Shown: positions 25,096 to 34,620 of the stretch, piece after piece
How the letters are laid out: every line of letters starts with the position of its first letter
How positions within the stretch are numbered: position 1 is the first letter of the stretch
Source of the DNA: a virus
Taxonomy: Duplodnaviria > Caudoviricetes
IMG/VR virus record: IMGVR_UViG_3300037506_000400
Coordinates: 1-34,886 of that record
DNA length: 34,886 bases
Direction: 5' to 3' (one strand)
Made by a program: the position numbers and the translations under genes
Notes under the pieces: model-generated
Databases searched by the model: none
Seen by the model: the letters and a program-made list of their open reading frames with translations, nothing else
What the model was told of the DNA's origin: nothing

Positions 25096-25117
25096 TACCG
25101 CGAGGCATGCACACGCA
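25096..25117 (-). promoter_or_regulatory. Late motif copy (portal)
   Basis: TGCGTGTGCATGCCTCGCGGTA (one mismatch); ATG 6 nt after TACGCC, no SD. Confidence 0.75.
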
Positions 25118-25121
25118 GCGT

Positions 25122-26594
25122 TCAGACCAGGCCGACGAACTGCTTGTCGACGATGAGGTCGTGGAACCCCCAGTTCATCGCGTCGGTGCGGTCATCACGC
25201 CGACCGCTCGCGCCGGTGAAGGTCGTCATCTGCTTCTCGAGCTTCGGGTGCTTCCCGACGAGGTGAATCTTGCCTTGCTCGACGAGCGCCGCGATGGGCT
25301 CGGCGCGCTTCGCCTTGCCCCGCATCGCTCGCACGGTCTTCACCGGGAGCGACGCGTCGAGCGTGCGCAACGTGAACTCGACCATCTCGCCACCGACGTT
25401 CACCTCCGCGACGACGCGGTTCGCCCTCCACTTGTGGAAGAGGCGCGCAGCCTGCGATGCCCACTTGTCGGGCGAGCCGCGCATCGAGCCGTCCTCGAGC
25501 ACGTAGCCATGCCCATCGGCGCCCACGCCCTCGACGATGATTCCGGTCTCGTCGACCTTGTTCTCGCTCGTCTGCGCGGGGTCGATCGACACCACGATGG
25601 TCTCGAGCTGCAGCCGCTTCGAGATCTCCTCTGCCGTCTCGTCGTCGCGCCGCGCGATGCGGAAGCGCTCGATGAGGACCATGTTGAAGATGGCGCCAGC
25701 GACGTCCTCCAGCACCTCGCCGCTGATCTCTTGCCGACCAAGGCGCGTTCCTCCGTAGAGGCGCTGGATCTGGTCGAGGAAGTTGCCGGCGAGGTTGGCT
25801 GAGTTCTCGAACGTGTTGCCGCGCGTGACGAACGTCTGCCCGGTCGCGACCTCGGCGAGCAGCCGAAGGATGAGCTCGATGGGCTTCGGGGTGCCGGTGA
25901 TGATGGCGCGCGGCTTCCTGCCGAGGCGCAGGCCCATCTGCAGCTGCGCCCACGCTTCCTCAGGGTCGAGCCACGACGCCGGCTCGTCGCCCCACACGAG
26001 GTCATGCTGCGGGCCACGGAAGCGCTCGGGCTCCTCGGCGCTGAAGAGCGTCGCACGCGCGACCTCGTGACCGCCGCGCTTCCAGGTGATGCGCCGCTTC
26101 GACGGCTCGAAGTTCGCCTTGAACCACGGCGGGCAGACCGAGAGCAGCCCGCTCTCGCCCTCGACCATCACGTCGCGAACGTCGGCCGCGGTGGGCGCCA
26201 CGAGCGCGATGCGGCGCGCGAGCCCCTTCTCGACGAAGGCGCGCACCGTCTCTGCGCCCGTTCTCGTCTTGCCGTAGCCGCGGCCAGCGAGGATGAGCCA
26301 CGTGTTCCAGTCACCGGGCGGCACGCGCTGCGACGGGCGAGCCCAGAGCCCCTCCCAGTCGTGCAGGTGCGTCAGAACTTCGGCGTCACTGAGGCTGCTG
26401 AGAAGCTCCCGCAGCTGCTCCTGGCTCAGCTGCTGAATCGCCTGTCGCAGCGTCGCCTTGTCCTGCAGCGGCCGGCGCGCTGCCGTCCCCTCCAGCAGCG
26501 CGTCCTGCGTCGCCGCCAGCGTTGCCGGGTCCACCGCGGGCTGCGCCGAGGAGCTTGTCGAGCTTGTCTGCGAGGAGCTTTCGGGCATCGGCAA
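25122..26594 (-). CDS. terL: Terminase large subunit
   Basis: Walker A AGRGYGKT, Walker B WGDE, ITGTP, nuclease SIDPA…DETGI, DDRTDA. Exact start uncertain. Confidence 0.96.
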   Translation of the reverse strand: MPMPESSSQTSSTSSSAQPAVDPATLAATQDALLEGTAARRPLQDKATLRQAIQQLSQEQLRELLSSLSDAEVLTHLHDWEGLWARPSQRVPPGDWNTWLILAGRGYGKTRTGAETVRAFVEKGLARRIALVAPTAADVRDVMVEGESGLLSVCPPWFKANFEPSKRRITWKRGGHEVARATLFSAEEPERFRGPQHDLVWGDEPASWLDPEEAWAQLQMGLRLGRKPRAIITGTPKPIELILRLLAEVATGQTFVTRGNTFENSANLAGNFLDQIQRLYGGTRLGRQEISGEVLEDVAGAIFNMVLIERFRIARRDDETAEEISKRLQLETIVVSIDPAQTSENKVDETGIIVEGVGADGHGYVLEDGSMRGSPDKWASQAARLFHKWRANRVVAEVNVGGEMVEFTLRTLDASLPVKTVRAMRGKAKRAEPIAALVEQGKIHLVGKHPKLEKQMTTFTGASGRRDDRTDAMNWGFHDLIVDKQFVGLV

Positions 26595-27198
26595 TCTCCA
26601 TCGGCGCCGCGTCGCCGTCGCTCACGGTGAGGTGCTCGGTGCGCGCCCACTTCTCGTCGCCCTTGCTGAAGCGACGCTCGAGGAAGCGCTGGGCGACCTG
26701 CGGGTCCATCTTCGCGCCGTGGAAGTAGGCCTCGGTGAGCTCACGTTCCGCATCGCCCTCGGCCATCTCGACCTCGAAGAGCAGGCGCGCGCGCGGGTCG
26801 CTCGCGTCCTTCTGATCCGCGCCTTCTCGCAGCCAGTTCTTGAACGTGTTCTCGCTCACCCCGACGTGCCGAGCGGCCGCACGCCGCGTGACGCCGAAAC
26901 GCCGGATGAGGTCGCACGCTTTGTCGATGAGCTCGTCGCTGATGGCGAGCGCCGGCGCGCGCTGCCGAGGCGCGGGATTCTGCGGAGCACCCGACTCTTC
27001 CGGGGCTGGGCGTTGCGGAGGCTGCGCGGTCGCGCCCGGGTTGCGCCGAGCTCGGTCTGAGTCGCGCTTGCAGGGGCGGCAGTAGAGGCCGATGCCGTCA
27101 GCGGTCGCCGCGTTCCTCGGGAACTCGTCGCGCGGCTTCAGCTTCTTGCAGCGGGAGCACCGCCGCTTGCCGTTCGCTGTGTTGCGCAGCTTCGCCAT
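26386..27198 (-). CDS. terS: Terminase small subunit with N-terminal zinc finger
   Basis: Immediately upstream of terL; HTH (RRAAARHVGVSENTFKNW), AQRFLERRF…W motif; N-terminal CSRC…YCRPC. Confidence 0.75.
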   Translation of the reverse strand: MAKLRNTANGKRRCSRCKKLKPRDEFPRNAATADGIGLYCRPCKRDSDRARRNPGATAQPPQRPAPEESGAPQNPAPRQRAPALAISDELIDKACDLIRRFGVTRRAAARHVGVSENTFKNWLREGADQKDASDPRARLLFEVEMAEGDAERELTEAYFHGAKMDPQVAQRFLERRFSKGDEKWARTEHLTVSDGDAAPMEIADARKLLADKLDKLLGAARGGPGNAGGDAGRAAGGDGSAPAAAGQGDAATGDSAAEPGAAAGASQQPQ

Positions 27199-27212
27199 CG
27201 CCTCGAGCACGC

Positions 27213-27233
27213 TGCCGTGAGGCATGCACACGC
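27213..27233 (-). promoter_or_regulatory. Late motif copy (terminase)
   Basis: GCGTGTGCATGCCTCACGGCA then GCGT; ATG 10 nt after CAGCGT. Confidence 0.75.
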
Positions 27234-27258
27234 CGCCGGTTCGCCTGGCTGCGTTCCC

Positions 27259-27531
27259 TCAAGACGGCCCGTCGCGCTCAGGAATTCCGTCGGATTTCTG
27301 AACTAGCCCGCGCGCATTCGGGCCATTGGAACACAGCCGGGCCGGGGTGGGTCTGGCGGGCGGATCGATCCGGGGGGCTCTTCGCAGTGGACCTCTGCGC
27401 TGAACGCTCCTCATCGCGTGCTGCCCACCCTCGTGTTTCAGGACGTGCTCGGCGGTAGCCGCGTCGACCTCGATGGTCTCGCCGATGACGTTGACGCCGA
27501 AGTGCTTTGTCAGCTTCACTCGCACGCTCAT
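27259..27531 (-). CDS. Small protein, paralog of 20755-20964
   Basis: KLTKHFGVNVIGET…TAEHVLKHEGG versus KLTKHFQPNVAGET…TAEHIKKHQGG. Confidence 0.6.
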   Translation of the reverse strand: MSVRVKLTKHFGVNVIGETIEVDAATAEHVLKHEGGQHAMRSVQRRGPLRRAPRIDPPARPTPARLCSNGPNARGLVQKSDGIPERDGPS

Positions 27532-27803
27532 CTCAGGCGCTCCCTGTAGCCACGGCACACGTAGCAGCGCGCATCAGGCCCGCGAATGGTGCGCTTGCAT
27601 CTTGCGCACGACCTCCGCTCGACCAAGCCCATGCGTATGCGCCAATGCGAAACGGTGTTGCGGTGAAGTCCGAGGCGCTCGGCGATGACGGCGACGCTCA
27701 GCCCTTGACTCGCGAGGTCGACGATGCGCTCGCGCTTCTCCACGCTGATGGCCGTCGACCTGGTGACGACCTCTGGCCTGACCCATGGCTTGCGAGCGGT
27801 CAT
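27528..27803 (-). CDS. HTH plus zinc-ribbon DNA-binding protein
   Basis: RIVDLASQGLSVAVIAERLGLHRNTVSHW HTH; CARC…CYVC. Confidence 0.8.
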   Translation of the reverse strand: MTARKPWVRPEVVTRSTAISVEKRERIVDLASQGLSVAVIAERLGLHRNTVSHWRIRMGLVERRSCARCKRTIRGPDARCYVCRGYRERLR

Positions 27804-28381
27804 AGACGCCTCCACACGAGCACGGCGCTCGGCCACTGGGCGCTGCCGACAGGCAGGCGGTTGCTGCCCGGCTTCGCGTACGCCTGACGCCCGGGCGGAA
27901 AGTGGGACTCGAGCCGATACCCGTGGCGCACCGCTCGCCCATCACGGAAGGGCTCGACGTGCTCCTGCCAGAAGGGTTGCTCTTGCCGGTTGCCGGGCAG
28001 GACCATGGCCACGCGAGCCGAGACCGAAGGGCTGGCGTGGTTGAAGATCTCCAACGAGCTCCACGCCTTCCCGACCCACGCGCCGAGGTCGTCGAAGGGC
28101 GGGTTGACGAAGATGCGCCAGAACGGCTCCATGACGGTGGGACGCCAGTCGAGCGGCGGGAGCCACGACTGCGCGAGCCCATCGACGCCCGCGCTGCCAG
28201 GGTACGGCAGCAGAGAGAACCACCGCGGCGCGTGGTGACTCTCGGCGTCGGCTGCAGCGTCGAGGTCCCACCTGTCGACGCCCGCCTTCGCCTGAATCCA
28301 CGCCATGAACTTGCGCGTCGTGTAGCGGCGGTTCGGATCCTCCGCGCGCGCCTCACCCGGGAACATGTCGAGCGCGCTCAA
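27800..28381 (-). CDS. dam: Phage N6-adenine DNA methyltransferase (Dam-like), copy B
   Basis: LDAAA…DGLAQSW…IFVNPPF…WVGKA; TTG start equivalent to the ATG of copy A. Confidence 0.8.
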   Translation of the reverse strand: MSALDMFPGEARAEDPNRRYTTRKFMAWIQAKAGVDRWDLDAAADAESHHAPRWFSLLPYPGSAGVDGLAQSWLPPLDWRPTVMEPFWRIFVNPPFDDLGAWVGKAWSSLEIFNHASPSVSARVAMVLPGNRQEQPFWQEHVEPFRDGRAVRHGYRLESHFPPGRQAYAKPGSNRLPVGSAQWPSAVLVWRRL

Positions 28382-28629
28382 CGCGACACCTCGTGCTCGA
28401 GCGTGAAGTCGGCTCGATCGACGGCGTGCCACAGCTCGTCGAGCATTCGATTCTGGAGCTCGAGGTTGTAGAGGGCGTTGCGGAGCATGTTGCGCGCGAC
28501 GACCGGCCCGCGCACGCCGTCGACCATCATCGCGGCCATGCGCCGGCGCACCAGCCGCTTCGCGAGCGCGATGAGTTGCTTTGCCTCGCGGCGTTGCGAC
28601 GCATCGAGGGGGCGGACGAGGCGAATCAT
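28378..28629 (-). CDS. Hypothetical helical protein, copy B
   Basis: Clear paralog of 30320-30574. Confidence 0.75.
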   Translation of the reverse strand: MIRLVRPLDASQRREAKQLIALAKRLVRRRMAAMMVDGVRGPVVARNMLRNALYNLELQNRMLDELWHAVDRADFTLEHEVSR

Positions 28630-28835
28630 CGCGGCACCTCGCAGCTCACGTGCTCGGCGGCGAACAGGTTGCTCAAGCGCACGAACTCGTCGAGCGTCAT
28701 CGGCAACGCGAAGCCGAACGTGCGCCCGCAGTGCTTGCACTCGAGCCGGCCGGCTTTGGTGTTCACCACCACGTGGTCGTTCGGCGTGCGCGTGTCGTTG
28801 GCGATCGCCACGAGCGGGAACATCTCGGGGTTCAT
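28626..28835 (-). CDS. Small zinc-ribbon protein
   Basis: LECKHCG…EHVSC; present only in copy B of the duplication. Confidence 0.65.
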   Translation of the reverse strand: MNPEMFPLVAIANDTRTPNDHVVVNTKAGRLECKHCGRTFGFALPMTLDEFVRLSNLFAAEHVSCEVPR

Positions 28836-29395
28836 TTCGAGACCCTCCGCACGTTCGGCGAAAGCCGAGCCGACAGACCACGCGGCATAGCCAGAAGATC
28901 GACCGGGCGATCGCCGAGCGCATCTTGCGAGACCATCACCCGCGCGCCTGCCTCGAACTCGACGAGCTGCTCGTAGACCTCGACGCGCACGAGGTGCTCG
29001 TCACCAGGCTCGGCGTCGGGCACGTAGAGCACTCGCTCGCTCGCGTCGTGAATGCCCGTGCTCTTTGCGATGGCGTCGCGCAGCCGCTTGAACGCCGTCG
29101 CGAGGTTGTCGTCATCGAGCGCGCGAGGCGCAACGCGCACCATGCGCACGACCAGGGCACCGTGGCGCGCGAGCAGGGCTTTCGTGCCCAACTCGAGCGC
29201 GAGTTGCGTGCCGCGATCCCTCAGCCGGCGCTGCATGCCGCGCCGCCCGGCCTGGTTGCGCAACGAGGTGCCCTGGCTGCCGTTGCTCGTGCCCTTGAGC
29301 ACGAGCGCCGCAGTGGCGACTGCGAGGGGCTCCTGAGCCTTGATCGACATCAACGCGCGTTCTGCTCGACACAGGTGCTCGGTCAGGGCAGTCAC
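28832..29395 (-). CDS. rusA: RusA-like Holliday junction resolvase, copy B
   Basis: LDDDNLATAFKRLRDAIA…GIHD matches the RusA D.DN..K…D catalytic motif. Confidence 0.7.
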   Translation of the reverse strand: MTALTEHLCRAERALMSIKAQEPLAVATAALVLKGTSNGSQGTSLRNQAGRRGMQRRLRDRGTQLALELGTKALLARHGALVVRMVRVAPRALDDDNLATAFKRLRDAIAKSTGIHDASERVLYVPDAEPGDEHLVRVEVYEQLVEFEAGARVMVSQDALGDRPVDLLAMPRGLSARLSPNVRRVSK

Positions 29396-29658
29396 GTCGC
29401 ACCTCGCGTGCGGTACTCGAGCCGCGGCGTCGTGAAGTGCTCGGCGAGGTACGCCACCGAGAACTTGTCGGAGCTCTCCCCGATGAGCTTGTCGCCATCG
29501 CGTGACCAGGTGAGCTCGGCGAGCTGCGCGAGCGCGTAGCCGGGCTGCTCGAAGGTCTCGTCGACGTGCGCCGCGACCTCGCGGAAGGCCTCAGCGTCAG
29601 GCCTCGCCGGGACCGGCCGCGCTCTCGGCGGGACGTAGCCCTCCCACGCGCGATTCAT
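29392..29658 (-). CDS. Stand-alone duplicate of the replication protein C-terminal domain
   Basis: WEGYVPPRAR…PGYALAQLAELTWSR…PRLEYRTRGAT matches the last ~85 aa of 31098-32291. Confidence 0.7.
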   Translation of the reverse strand: MNRAWEGYVPPRARPVPARPDAEAFREVAAHVDETFEQPGYALAQLAELTWSRDGDKLIGESSDKFSVAYLAEHFTTPRLEYRTRGAT

Positions 29659-30323
29659 GCGCGCCTCCAGACCAGCACGACGCTGGGCCACTCGGCGGAA
29701 CCGCCGCGGGGCTCGAGGTTGCCCGGGTGCCCGTACGACTGTCTTCCTGGCGGGCTGTGAGCCACGAGCGAGTAGCCGAAGCGACCCGCGAACTCATGAC
29801 CGGCGAGGTAAGGCTCAACGTGCTCTTGCCAGAACGGCTGCTCGGTGCGGTTGCCCGGGAGCACCATCGCAACTCGGTAGAAGACGTCGCAACCCAACGC
29901 CCGCGCTGCGCCAACGTCTTCGTACAGCAGGTGCTGCCAGACGCGCTCGAGCCACGGCCCGATGTTGTCGAAGGGCGGGTTGATGAAGACGCGCCACGTG
30001 CGGGAGTACTCGTAGGAGTTGGCCGGCATCGGGGTCATGCGCCAGCACGCTGCGCGGCGCTCGTCGATGCGTGCGGCCCATTCGGGCGTTGGGTGCCAGG
30101 AGGCCTCGAGCCCGTCGACCGCAGCAGCATTCGGGGCCACGTCACCAGGTGCGGCAAACCATCGCGGGGCGTGGTGGCTCTCCTCGTCAGCTGCAGGATC
30201 AAGGTCCCATGCGTCCACGTCGGCGCTGCGCTTGATGAAGCTCATGAAGCTGCGCGTGGTGTAGCGCCGGTTCTCGTCGACCTTCGGCTTGTGCACCTCG
30301 GGGAACATGTCGAGCGCGCTCAT
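29655..30323 (-). CDS. dam: Phage N6-adenine DNA methyltransferase (Dam-like), copy A
   Basis: LDPAA…DGLEASW…VFINPPF. Confidence 0.8.
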   Translation of the reverse strand: MSALDMFPEVHKPKVDENRRYTTRSFMSFIKRSADVDAWDLDPAADEESHHAPRWFAAPGDVAPNAAAVDGLEASWHPTPEWAARIDERRAACWRMTPMPANSYEYSRTWRVFINPPFDNIGPWLERVWQHLLYEDVGAARALGCDVFYRVAMVLPGNRTEQPFWQEHVEPYLAGHEFAGRFGYSLVAHSPPGRQSYGHPGNLEPRGGSAEWPSVVLVWRRA

Positions 30324-30574
30324 TTCGGGACCTCGTGGTGGCCGAGCGACACCTCGCCGCGGTCGACAGCTGCCCAAAGGTCGTCGAGCAGTCTCCGCTT
30401 GAGCTCGAGGTTGTGCAGCGCCTCGCGAAGCATGTTGCGCGCGACCATTGGGGAGTGCACGCCGTCGATCAGCATCGACGCGACTCTCCGACGCGCGAGG
30501 CGGTGCGCGAGGGCGATGATCTGCTTCGCCTCTCGGCGCTGAGACTCGTCGAGTGGGCGGATCTCGCGAATCAT
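30320..30574 (-). CDS. Hypothetical helical protein, copy A
   Basis: 84 aa, ATGA-coupled; paralog of 28378-28629. Confidence 0.75.
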   Translation of the reverse strand: MIREIRPLDESQRREAKQIIALAHRLARRRVASMLIDGVHSPMVARNMLREALHNLELKRRLLDDLWAAVDRGEVSLGHHEVPK

Positions 30575-31097
30575 GGCCGGAACCTCCTCACGTTCTCCGA
30601 GAGCGACGCGAAGCCAGGACGGGCGGGCACCGTGGCCACACGCGCCGCCGCGGCCGCCTCAAGCTGCCCGAGCTGCTCGTAGACCTCCACGCGAACGAGG
30701 TGCTCGTCGCCGCGCTCAGCGTCTGGCACGTAGAGCACGAGCGGGCTGGCGTCGTGGACGCCGGTGCTCTTTGCGATGGCGTCCCGCATGCGCTTGAACG
30801 CGGTGGCGAGGTTGTCGTCGTCGAGCGAGCGCGGCGCGACGCGCACCATGCGCACCACGAGCGCGCCGTGCCGGGCGAGCAGGGTGCGCGTTTGCAGCTC
30901 GAGGGCCAGTTGCTGGCCGCGCGCCTTGAGCCGCCGCTGCTGCCCGCGGCGCGCTTGCCGCCCGCCACGCGTGATGCCCTGGCTGCCGTTGCTCGTGCCC
31001 TTGAGCACGAGCGCGGCAGTGGCGACTGCGAGGGGCTCCTGCACCTTGATCGACATCAACGCGCGTTCGGCTCGACACAGGTGCTCGGTCAGCGCAG

Positions 31098-31101
<4 letters not shown>
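30571..31101 (-). CDS. rusA: RusA-like Holliday junction resolvase, copy A
   Basis: LDDDNLATAFKRMRDAIA…GVHD; GTG start. Confidence 0.7.
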
Positions 31102-32287
<1,186 letters not shown>

Positions 32288-32291
<4 letters not shown>

Positions 32292-32608
32292 GGTCCCCTC
32301 GTCTCGATGCGCTCCGCCCACGCCGCCGCGTGCGCTGCGAGCTCAATGACTGCGCTCTTCATGTCCTGGTGATTGCCCATGCAACTCGCGCGGACGGCCT
32401 TCGAGAGCAGGAGCACGTGGTGGTCGAGGTGCGAGCGCGCGCCCTGGTCGACGAGGCGCTGCGTCGGCAGCGGCAACAGAGCGCGGCCGCACACGCTCTT
32501 GACCATCGCCCAGCCGCGCCTGTCGTAGGCCTTCGCGGGCACGTCGGGCTGCTCACGAAGGCGACGGAAGTAGGCGAGCTTCGATGCGAGTTCTTCTCGG
32601 ATGCTCAT
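32288..32608 (-). CDS. Hypothetical protein
   Basis: ATGA-coupled, GAGGAG SD; C-terminal IELAAHAAAWAE helix weakly MazG-like. Confidence 0.6.
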
Positions 32609-32820
32609 GCGCGCTCCTCGCGGCCAACAAGGTGGAGGCTGCGACGCAACTCGCGCAGGGTGTCTTCGAGCTCGACCACCATCGCCTCGAGCTTCGCGAT
32701 GCGGCGCAGGTTCTCCTCGGCCGAGCCGAGCGCGGCGCACTTGGTCCGCGCCGCGCGCACGCCGGCGAGGGCGAGGCGCAGTTGGTGGATGTGAACGAGC
32801 AGCACGTCCGAGCGGCTCAC
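32605..32820 (-). CDS. Hypothetical coiled-coil protein
   Basis: 71 aa, coupled on both sides. Confidence 0.6.
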   Translation of the reverse strand: MSRSDVLLVHIHQLRLALAGVRAARTKCAALGSAEENLRRIAKLEAMVVELEDTLRELRRSLHLVGREERA

Positions 32821-33089
32821 GTGTCACCGCCGTTCAGCTTCAACGCGCGCACGGCGAGGCGCGTGCGTTCGTACGCTCGACGTGACTCGGTGCGCTCGAG
32901 TTGCAACGCGTTGACGGCGAGGTCGCGCTGGCTCGTCAAGACGGCGTGCTCGCGCCGGAGGCGCACAAGCTCTGCACGAAGTTGGGCGACCTCGATCTCC
33001 AGCGGGCTCAGGCCTTGGTCGCCGCCAGCGCGCGAGAGCGCCTCGCGCCGGCAGTTCTCGCACGCGCCATCGCAGTTGCAGGCGCTCAT
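32817..33089 (-). CDS. Hypothetical protein (CNC..ACENC plus coiled coil)
   Basis: 90 aa, coupled on both sides. Confidence 0.6.
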   Translation of the reverse strand: MSACNCDGACENCRREALSRAGGDQGLSPLEIEVAQLRAELVRLRREHAVLTSQRDLAVNALQLERTESRRAYERTRLAVRALKLNGGDT

Positions 33090-34171
33090 GCGGCACCACC
33101 GAAGAGGTCAGCCTGGTCGTGCGCACGCTCGCAGTGCGGCGAGAACCAGATGCGCTCCTTCGCGCTGTTCTCCGTGTTGCCGGCAGCAGCTGCGTAGCCG
33201 CCGGCGGCCTTCCACGCGACGCACTGCCAGTCCTTCGGCATCTCGTGCTCGCCCTCGTAGCCACAGAGCGCGATGCGCAGCTTCTTGTTCTTCCCGTGCT
33301 TCAGTGCCCACTCGCGCACCGCGTGAGCGACGTCGGGGCTCTCGGTGCCGTACAGCGACGGGTCGCGGAAGTCGGCGAGGTAAGGCGGGTCGAGGAACAC
33401 GCCGGTGACGCCGATGAGCTCGGTGCTCGAGCGGCCGAGCACCCGCGTCCAGTCGCCGCAGCAGACGCGCACGCGACGAAGGCGCTCGGCGAGAGCGAGC
33501 ATCCACTCGTAGACCGAGGTGCGCTGAACGCCTCGCTCGCCCTTTCCGAGGGAAGGTCGCTTGTTCCACGTCGCCGACGCGCCGCGGGTGTCGCGCTTGT
33601 GCACGCCGTTTGAGTTGTGAAGCTGAGGTCGTCGGTTCTCGCTCGCCGTTCTGTCACCGCGGCGCTTCGAGTGAACACCGTTCGGCGCGTAGAGCTTCGG
33701 CCGCCGCGGCTGCTCCGCGGTCTTGTCTCCCGCCGGGCGATGCGCGGCGGGGTTCCAGTTCGACTCGGCGCACCAGCCGCCGCCGATCCACTGGCAGATG
33801 CCCCACACCCACCAGCCGGCGACTCGAGCGTCGAAGTACTCCGGGTCGCCGCGCATGCGTTCGCGGAACTCGGCCTGGGCGACGAGCCAGCGGTGACGCG
33901 CATGGAGGTCGATCTCGTTGACCGGCCAGTCGGCCCACTTCGCGACTTCTTCGGGCGAGTACTTCACCGCGCGCCAGAAGTTCGCGAGGTAGCAGTCGAG
34001 GTCGTTGACGGTCTCGATGCGCGGCGTGTGCGGCCGCCCGAGCAGCACGGCGAGCGAGCCAGCGAAGGGCTCGACGTAGTTCGCCACGTCGCCGAACGCA
34101 TTCCACACCAGGTGCGAGACGCGCGACTTGCCGCCGAACCACGGGAACGGAGCTTTGAGAGGCGCGTTCAT
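33086..34171 (-). CDS. DNA adenine methyltransferase, D12 class
   Basis: APFPWFGGKS, YVEPFAGSLAV, ETVNDLD, FLDPPY; GGAGG SD and ATGA overlap. Confidence 0.92.
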   Translation of the reverse strand: MNAPLKAPFPWFGGKSRVSHLVWNAFGDVANYVEPFAGSLAVLLGRPHTPRIETVNDLDCYLANFWRAVKYSPEEVAKWADWPVNEIDLHARHRWLVAQAEFRERMRGDPEYFDARVAGWWVWGICQWIGGGWCAESNWNPAAHRPAGDKTAEQPRRPKLYAPNGVHSKRRGDRTASENRRPQLHNSNGVHKRDTRGASATWNKRPSLGKGERGVQRTSVYEWMLALAERLRRVRVCCGDWTRVLGRSSTELIGVTGVFLDPPYLADFRDPSLYGTESPDVAHAVREWALKHGKNKKLRIALCGYEGEHEMPKDWQCVAWKAAGGYAAAAGNTENSAKERIWFSPHCERAHDQADLFGGAA

Positions 34172-34620
34172 GGTGCCTCCCATCGGAGCTTCTTCTGCAG
34201 CGGGTGCTTGTCGACGCGCGGACGCGTGCGAGTGGTCCACGAGCCGCCGCCAGCCTTACCGACGAGCCTCCACCCTGCCGCGCGGAGCGAGACACCGCGC
34301 TCTTCGGCGAGCGTGTACGTGACGAGCTTGCGCCAACCCAGCGCACGCGCTCCGCGCCAGCACGCGCCGTAGAGCATCGAGCACGCGTTCTTGTGGCCGG
34401 CGAGCACTGCGACGCGAGTGACTTCGGCCGTCCACCCGTCCTGCAGCGCGCGAGCTACGGGGCGCCCGACGATCGCGACCCCGACAATCGGGCCGTCGAC
34501 CGCGTTAGCAGCGACGGAGACTGCGAAAAGCCCGCCCTGCGGCGCGCGGTGGTGGCGGTGATGCTGCGCGACGAACGCCTGCGCGTCGGTCAGCGTGCAG
34601 GGAACGAGGTAGAGGCTCAC
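34168..34620 (-). CDS. XF1762-family protein (Mom-like GNAT fold)
   Basis: AFV..HHRHH..P.G, GVAIVGRPVAR.L.DG.T.EVTR, NACSMLYGA, TYTL..E.G.SLRAAGW. Confidence 0.85.
   Translation of the reverse strand: MSLYLVPCTLTDAQAFVAQHHRHHRAPQGGLFAVSVAANAVDGPIVGVAIVGRPVARALQDGWTAEVTRVAVLAGHKNACSMLYGACWRGARALGWRKLVTYTLAEERGVSLRAAGWRLVGKAGGGSWTTRTRPRVDKHPLQKKLRWEAP

Noticed and set aside
7634-27198. Gene transfer agent cluster (terminase resembles the RcGTA-type family)
   Set aside because: Contiguous replication, recombination, methylase and early genes indicate a genuine phage.
9727-27233. 22-bp repeat as a CRISPR array or mobile-element end
   Set aside because: Copies are kilobases apart, with no spacers, cas genes or transposase.
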